Assembly: GCA_030141605.1 (NCBI GenBank)
Contig: JAQGDQ010001221.1
Coordinates: 1-54,355 of the forward strand
From: Tubiluchus corallicola
Lineage: Eukaryota; Animalia; Priapulida
Length of the DNA stretch: 54,355 bases
Reading direction: 5' to 3'
In this document: positions 48,951-54,355 of the stretch, in pieces
Position numbering within the stretch: the stretch's first letter is position 1
Layout of the letters: each line of letters begins with the position of its first letter
The notes under the pieces: model-generated
What the model saw: only the letters and a program-made list of their open reading frames with translations
The model's database searches: none
Told to the model about the DNA's origin: nothing
Translations under genes and position numbers: made by a program

Positions 48951-51308
48951 AGTCTTATCGCATCCAATTAATAACTGCACATCACCTTCAAGGTTCCCAT
49001 CAGGAAGAGAATCGGCAAGTAGGCCCTGCCATGGCTTAAGTTTTGAGTACACTTGGGCTGGAAGAGAGGGGCAACCTCTAAATTTTGCAATAAACAGGAC
49101 TACTCGAACATCGATATTAATTCTAGTAGAATTATTTTTGCCAAATAATGCAACCTTTGCTTGATGACATCGTACAGGAACATACCCTTTACAAGCGAAT
49201 GTAGAAACATTCACATAACTAGGATTTTCCAATTTCAGATTTAACTTTTTTGCTAAAGACTCTGTAATGTATGTGCCATTACTACCTGTATCCATCAAAC
49301 CTCTAACTGTAATACCTGATTTAGAATTATTAGAGACATCAGAGTGGCACATTCTCACTAAAACTGTCTGCATAAGTACAGCTTCTGTTTCTGAATTAAA
49401 CATGACTGTGTCACTAAGTAAATTTTGTTCTAATTTTGCCTTGACAATTCTGTTATTTTCAACTTTATCACAAAGTGAAACGTGATGTTTTTGGCCACAC
49501 ACAAAACATGTAAATTTGCAGTCAACCTCAGTGTGTTTACTAGAAAGACAGACTTTGCAACGTTTACGCTTTTCTACTACTTTCAGTTTTTCTGCTATGG
49601 TAAATTTTTTGCAAAAGCCTGAAGAATGGTTTCGGTTGTCACAATATAGACAAGGCATTTTAATGCGGTTATTCTGTGATCTCTTTGCCTTGTCCTTATT
49701 GTTACCATTACTAGTAACTCTTTCTGAACCTTTTGGTTTGTAACTTTTAGCATGTTTTGATTTTTCAGCTGCAGATGTAGTGAGAGACAAGTCAGAGTTA
49801 GAAACCATGTCATCATCATTGCCAACTGCATTGTATAGAGGGAATGTACTGTCGCCTGCTGTAAGTACACTTTCTTTAATCTGAACAGATGCTGGTCTGT
49901 TTCTACTAATGGGTTTCTTTGAAATTTCTTTAAGGCTTTGAAGCCCACACTCATTAGTAGAAATCTCAAAGTTGTTCACATATCGATACATAGTATCTAT
50001 TAATCTCTCTAATTGCCAATTAGAACCAGGAGTTGCATCTGGACAAAGGTTTCTAAGCTGAAAACCCATAGTTATGGGAAGTTTCTTAAGAATGCCTGAG
50101 ACAATGTATTGATCATCGACTGGACGACCAAACACTGTCAATGACCTTATAATGACCTCTATGTCATCAAGAAACCTTCGTAAATCTTTGGCGTTGTTTT
50201 TGACAGGTTCTATGTCGTCAAGTTGTTTCAGATAACTTGTCACCATGTGATCATTTCTGCCAAAGCGTTTCATCAAGTGACCAACAGCAGCAGGATAGTT
50301 ATTGGCAGTTCTACGGTATGTCTTGATTATTCTATATGCATTCCCTTTCAAGCAACCCAACAAGTAATTGAACTTTTTACTATCCGTTAAATCGGGTCTT
50401 GAGTGTATTTCATCATTAAAAACACTCCAAAATTCCTCAAAATCATCATCACCCTCCCCCGAAAAGGAAGGCAATTTAAATTTTGGCAATCTAGTATACA
50501 CAGTGCTTGCATGACTAATGTTCTAGGGATTTAGTTGCGATGTCATATTAGGCACAGCAGAAACAGGTGTGCTTGATACTACAGGTAATCTAGTATACAC
50601 AGTGCTTGCATGACTAACGTTCACAGCATTTAGCTGTGATGTCAAATTAGGCACAGCAGAAACAGGTTTGCTTGCTACTACAGGTACAGGTTCACTGACC
50701 TTCAAGTGACAGGTTTCTAATGACCTAATTCTGGCTTCAATCTTAGAACTAAGTTCAGACAAATTTCTGTTCAATGTACAATAAATATATGATAGCTTGT
50801 CATACAACTCTGTGAGCATTTCAGTTGAAAATCTCAAATCAGTAATTGCAGCATTACATCTGTCAACAAAGTTTTGATAATTAGCAATACATTTGTCAAA
50901 TTCTAAGTCCAACAATGTAGTACATGTGAAAAACACCTCACCATAGTGCTGTGAGTTTATTTTCAGGTTCTGGATCAGTATTTTCACCTCCAGCTGGTGT
51001 CCATGCAATGGATCTTTGTCTGGAACCATCTTCGGAATTGCTCCAGTTGCAGCTGTTGGGGTGGCTCCATGTACTGGGGTAGCTGGAATATGTAGTTGCT
51101 GCTCATGGTCCGGTTCCCCGTCGTCTGAGTCCATAGTAAAGTCATAGAAACTCATGGCTTTCATAGAAGAGAGCACTCCTGGCTGTGATGAGTCCTTGTT
51201 TGGTTGCATTGGCTGGAATAATTGTCCAGTCCTTAGGTCATGACCCTTGGGTTCACCCTCCCACGGCGGCGTATAAAGAATAGTTTTGTCGCTTGTGGTT
51301 GTGGCCAT
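48936..51308 (-). CDS. BEL Gag-protease (ATG 51308; in-frame TAG at 50523-50525)
   Basis: LPKFKLPSFSG..IHSRPDLTDSKKFNYL; CLYC/CKVC/CFVC knuckles; LMDTGSNGTYIT; the two track ORFs share one frame. Confidence 0.88.
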
Positions 51309-51530
51309 GTTCAAACAAGTGCAGTCGTCTGGATTCCAAATTAGAAGCACCAATACTGTCCATATATTTAGCACTCAGTGTAAACAGGAACAGAGTAACT
51401 GTATCACTTGGTTTGCAGCCTTGTAGATATCAAACTGATTTTTTTTCCTTTCAAATAAAGTCCTAGCATAATTTCCTTGGTTCTATAAACTTGTATAAAA
51501 TGAAGAATTTCGGCACCATATGAAGAATGG

Positions 51531-51548
51531 TCCCGGGTTTCGGCACCA
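51531..51548 (-). promoter_or_regulatory. BEL primer-binding site, tRNA-Phe(GAA); partial second copy at 51508-51518
   Basis: TGGTGCCGAAACCCGGGA is complementary to the metazoan tRNA-Phe 3' end, 2 nt from the LTR. Confidence 0.88.
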
Positions 51549-51550
51549 TA

Positions 51551-51920
51551 TGAAGACTTTCTGAAGGTAAAATTGCTAAGACATCAGCATAGGTAGAACA
51601 CAGGTGAGTTTATTTATACAAATGAGTAACAGCACATGTTTATTCAATGATCTCTGATAGCCAACTGCCCAGGTAAGTTTTCTATGAAGCAAGGAAGCCA
51701 GCAATTCTATGAAAGGTAAATGTTATGCATACTACATAGTTCAAGGATGAAAGTTTAGACTGTATATGAAGAAATAGACTTATTTTACAGCTGAAAACGT
51801 GTGTGGGATTTTTAATGTTTTAACCAGAGAACGCAATAATATGACATAATGAATAAAAAATAATGACATATGACATAATAATAAAAAATAATGACATATG
51901 ACATCGTGAGCTTCACGACA
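51551..51920 (-). repeat. BEL 5' LTR (370 bp)
   Basis: TGTCGTGAAG...TCTTCA; about 10 substitutions plus indels versus the 3' LTR. Confidence 0.92.
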
Positions 51921-52481
51921 GGGAGTTCCTACTGGAATTTTTTCAATAATTCCCGTTTCAACTAGTTCATCTAATTTCTTTTTTGCAGGTTCACGTAAGG
52001 CTGCTGGAATGGGCCTTGGGGGGTGAGCAACAGGTTTTACAGATTCATTATATTTTAATGAAACTTTGCCAGGCATTTTTCCAATACCCTGAAACACATC
52101 TGTATATTCATACAATAAAGCTCTAACTGCAGGATATGGGCATTTTTCAATGCTTTCATGCACTTGTGCATTTGACGTAGGCCTATGTTCAACATGATTA
52201 ACTCTTTGCAACAATTTTAGCTCAAGACAAGTTTCTAAACTAAGTACATTTGGTACACTGCCATTTACTAGCTCACATTTCAACCAATAATTTGCTCCTT
52301 TGTACACAACTGGTAATTCAACAACACCTAAAGGCTTAATGGGAGCACTACCAAAACCATAGATAACTGTATAGGATTTAGCTATTTTAGGTTTAACATA
52401 TATTGTATCATGCTGCTTTTTCGAAATTACATTTACATCTGCAGCTGAATCTATCTTAAAGCTCATTTTTGCCGCCATCAC
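51921..52481 (-). CDS. Gypsy aspartic protease and RT N-terminus (upstream of the BEL insertion)
   Basis: FKIDSAADVNVIS, DVFQGIG, PVAHPPRPIP..LDELVETGIIEKI. Confidence 0.85.
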
Positions 52482-53598
52482 GAAGTTTGAAATTCACAGT
52501 CCAGGCTTTCTTGCTGTCATCTGATCGACATGAAGCCTGATTTGTTTTGTTACAACAAATAAATGACTTATCTACACAGTTGTCATAATTATAAGTATTG
52601 CTTGAGTCATCATTTACACTTAGATTATTTACAGACCTACTCAGATCATGTTCACTATACATGCAAGCATCATTATGTGAAACATTCTGTGATTCAACAC
52701 AGTTTACTCTTTTTCTGCATACTCTTGCAAAATGATTGTATCGTTTGCAAAAATTACATTGCTACTGCCATGCTGGACATTTTCTCGGTGGATGTGAATA
52801 ACCACAGCTGTAGCATGTACTATCATGCATTCTGAAGCGTTGATTAAAACTGCGGTCACTATTCTGCATGTATTTTCCTCGCTGTGAAGTATTGCTACGC
52901 TGTTGCTGGAACACACGACGCTGCTGATTTTTGCTACTCGGCAAAACTGACTGTTGTCGGTCATTTGTTGAAAAATCATGTCGCTGAATGTTGTGGTACC
53001 TACTTCTGCTTCTTCCACGACCACGAACAGTATTTATATTCACGTGCTGGTCTCCACTATTAATTGCTGTGTACAACACACGAGACTGTTGTTGTTGCTC
53101 AAATAACTGCGCCCTTTTAATAATTTCGTCTAAGTTCAAATCTTCGCTCCACAGTTTTTCTCTTAACTTTGGGTCTCTTACACCATTGCTAATTGCAACA
53201 CACAATTGGTCATTTAATCCATCACCAAATTCGCAATTGACAGCTATGTCTTTCAATGCAGTAATAAATTCAGCAACACTCTCATACTGACCTTGTTTTC
53301 TCTGCTGAAATTGTGTAATGTACCCTTTACGTAATTTTCGTGGTTCGAAATAATTGTCAAATTTAGCAGTGACTACTGTATATTCAGACTTTTCTTCGTC
53401 TGTTAAGTCCAAGTTGTTGAAAAGTTTTTGATATTCCCTGCCGATTGTGTACAGTAACATCGCAACTTTCTGTTCGCCATTAGCATTCTGCTTACCAGCG
53501 GCTGTCATGAACACGTTGAATTCGGCTTTAAATTCTTTCCAGTCCTGGGCGAGGTTCACTTTATCCGTTGAAAATTTTGGTGGCTTTAGATTCTCCAT
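52456..53598 (-). CDS. Gypsy gag (nonsense codon at 52762-52764 between the two zinc knuckles)
   Basis: WKEFK..F, F.QRKQ..ESV..FIT.L....NCEFG, CYSCGYSH..CPA*QCNFCKRYNHFARVC. Confidence 0.88.
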
Positions 53599-53629
53599 AT
53601 TCTATTTACTTTGTTTTCACTAAATTTAT

Positions 53630-53642
53630 ACTTCTGACACCA
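53630..53642 (-). promoter_or_regulatory. Gypsy primer-binding site, tRNA-Leu
   Basis: TGGTGTCAGAAGT directly after the LTR, complementary to tRNA-Leu 3' end ACTTCTGACACCA. Confidence 0.8.
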
Positions 53643-53761
53643 TGTTTTATGTTGATGTACCTGGATTTCTATCTAGTAGAAATAGCGAAATACAGTACAC
53701 CATTATGCGTGTTACCGAACTACTTTATTTACAATGCGTTCTGACGCATTAATACATAACA
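53643..53761 (-). repeat. Gypsy 5' LTR (119 bp)
   Basis: TGTT...AACA termini, internal AATAAA, adjacent PBS; host homology resumes at 53762. Confidence 0.85.
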
Positions 53762-54064
53762 GCAGTATGCAAAAACTATAGGACCACTGCTAAGGCACAA
53801 TTAATATTCTAAAAAAAGAACATAGCTCAGTGGTTTGTAAAGTTAGCTACTTTTAGACTCATATTACATCACTCTTGAAATTAATCACCTTCTCACTTGG
53901 GCACAGTGCATATATCAATAAACGCTAAATAAGTAAGCCCAGTATTTTACTAATGCCAGTGTGATCACTACTACATCCTAGTGAATCTGCGATGCACTAA
54001 AATGTTTGTGGTAAACAGGCTCAATGATTTTTGATAAGTTTTACAAAACGTGTGGTTGACAAAC

Positions 54065-54269
54065 ATGCAAGATGATGATATCACAACTAGGCAGGAATGC
54101 GGGTATGGATGGGTGTGCGTCGCTGCTGGATTTATAGTTAGGTTTCTCCTTTCTGGACAGATAAGATCGTTTGGAATTCTACTCCTGCCTTTAATGAATA
54201 CGTTCAACAGCACTGTTACTTTAACTGTGTGGATAAATGGTATCACACATTCAGTCGCTTTCTTGTGTT
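54065..54269 (+). CDS. SLC16 gene C' exon 1 (gene continues beyond the window)
   Basis: Near-identical to 29105-29309 (one A>V change), donor GT at 54270. Confidence 0.85.
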
Positions 54270-54355
54270 GTAAGTATAATCAAGTTCTGTATTTTTTCAT
54301 TATAATTATGCATAAATGAAAAACAGGCATGCTAGTAACTAAAAGAACAAATAGC

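Larger units (their letters stand above)
46852..51920 (-). mobile_element. Non-autonomous BEL/Pao LTR retrotransposon nested in Gypsy pol
   Basis: Paired TG..CA LTRs, 4-bp TSD GGGA (46848-46851 and 51921-51924), tRNA-Phe PBS, DUF1759-type gag, three CCHC knuckles, DTG protease; no RT, RH or IN core. Confidence 0.9.
44047..53761 (-). mobile_element. Ty3/Gypsy LTR retrotransposon (Mag-like), degenerate, 3' LTR missing, interrupted by a BEL element
   Basis: 119-bp 5' LTR, tRNA-Leu PBS, gag with CCHC knuckles, domain order PR-RT-RH-IN. Confidence 0.92.

Noticed and set aside
51309-51374. Signal-peptide-like start of ORF 50523..51374
   Set aside because: Lies upstream of the first ATG (51308) and depends on a non-ATG start
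51500-51560. Short direct repeats or tRNA-like sequence as a CRISPR array or tRNA gene
   Set aside because: Eukaryotic context; explained as a PBS with only the 18-nt tRNA 3' end

Overview
AT-rich eukaryotic (invertebrate-like metazoan) genomic DNA, so the bacterial-style ORF track misses the intron-exon structure. 1-8.9 kb is a stack of three CR1/L2/Crack-group LINEs on the + strand. The first is near full length, and its ORF2 has an unusual ~300-aa hydrophobic N-terminal region ending in a 2A-like StopGo motif (LLLILGGIETNPG|P) just before the APE endonuclease. 10.7-12.2 kb is an intronless CDS for mitochondrial glutamyl-tRNA synthetase (EARS2). 17-54 kb is a tandem SLC16/monocarboxylate-transporter cluster: gene A, pseudogene B, gene C, then a ~97% identical duplicate carrying an orphan exon 4 of A, pseudogene B' and exon 1 of C'. 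The duplicate starts exactly at the 3' end of a non-autonomous Helitron. It also contains a Mag-like Ty3/Gypsy element that lost its 3' LTR and is split by a non-autonomous BEL/Pao element (Gag-PR only, 4-bp TSD, duplicated tRNA-Phe PBS). Decayed Penelope, RTE-X, L2, CR1, hAT and HINE fragments and microsatellites fill the rest. All identities are by-eye estimates.
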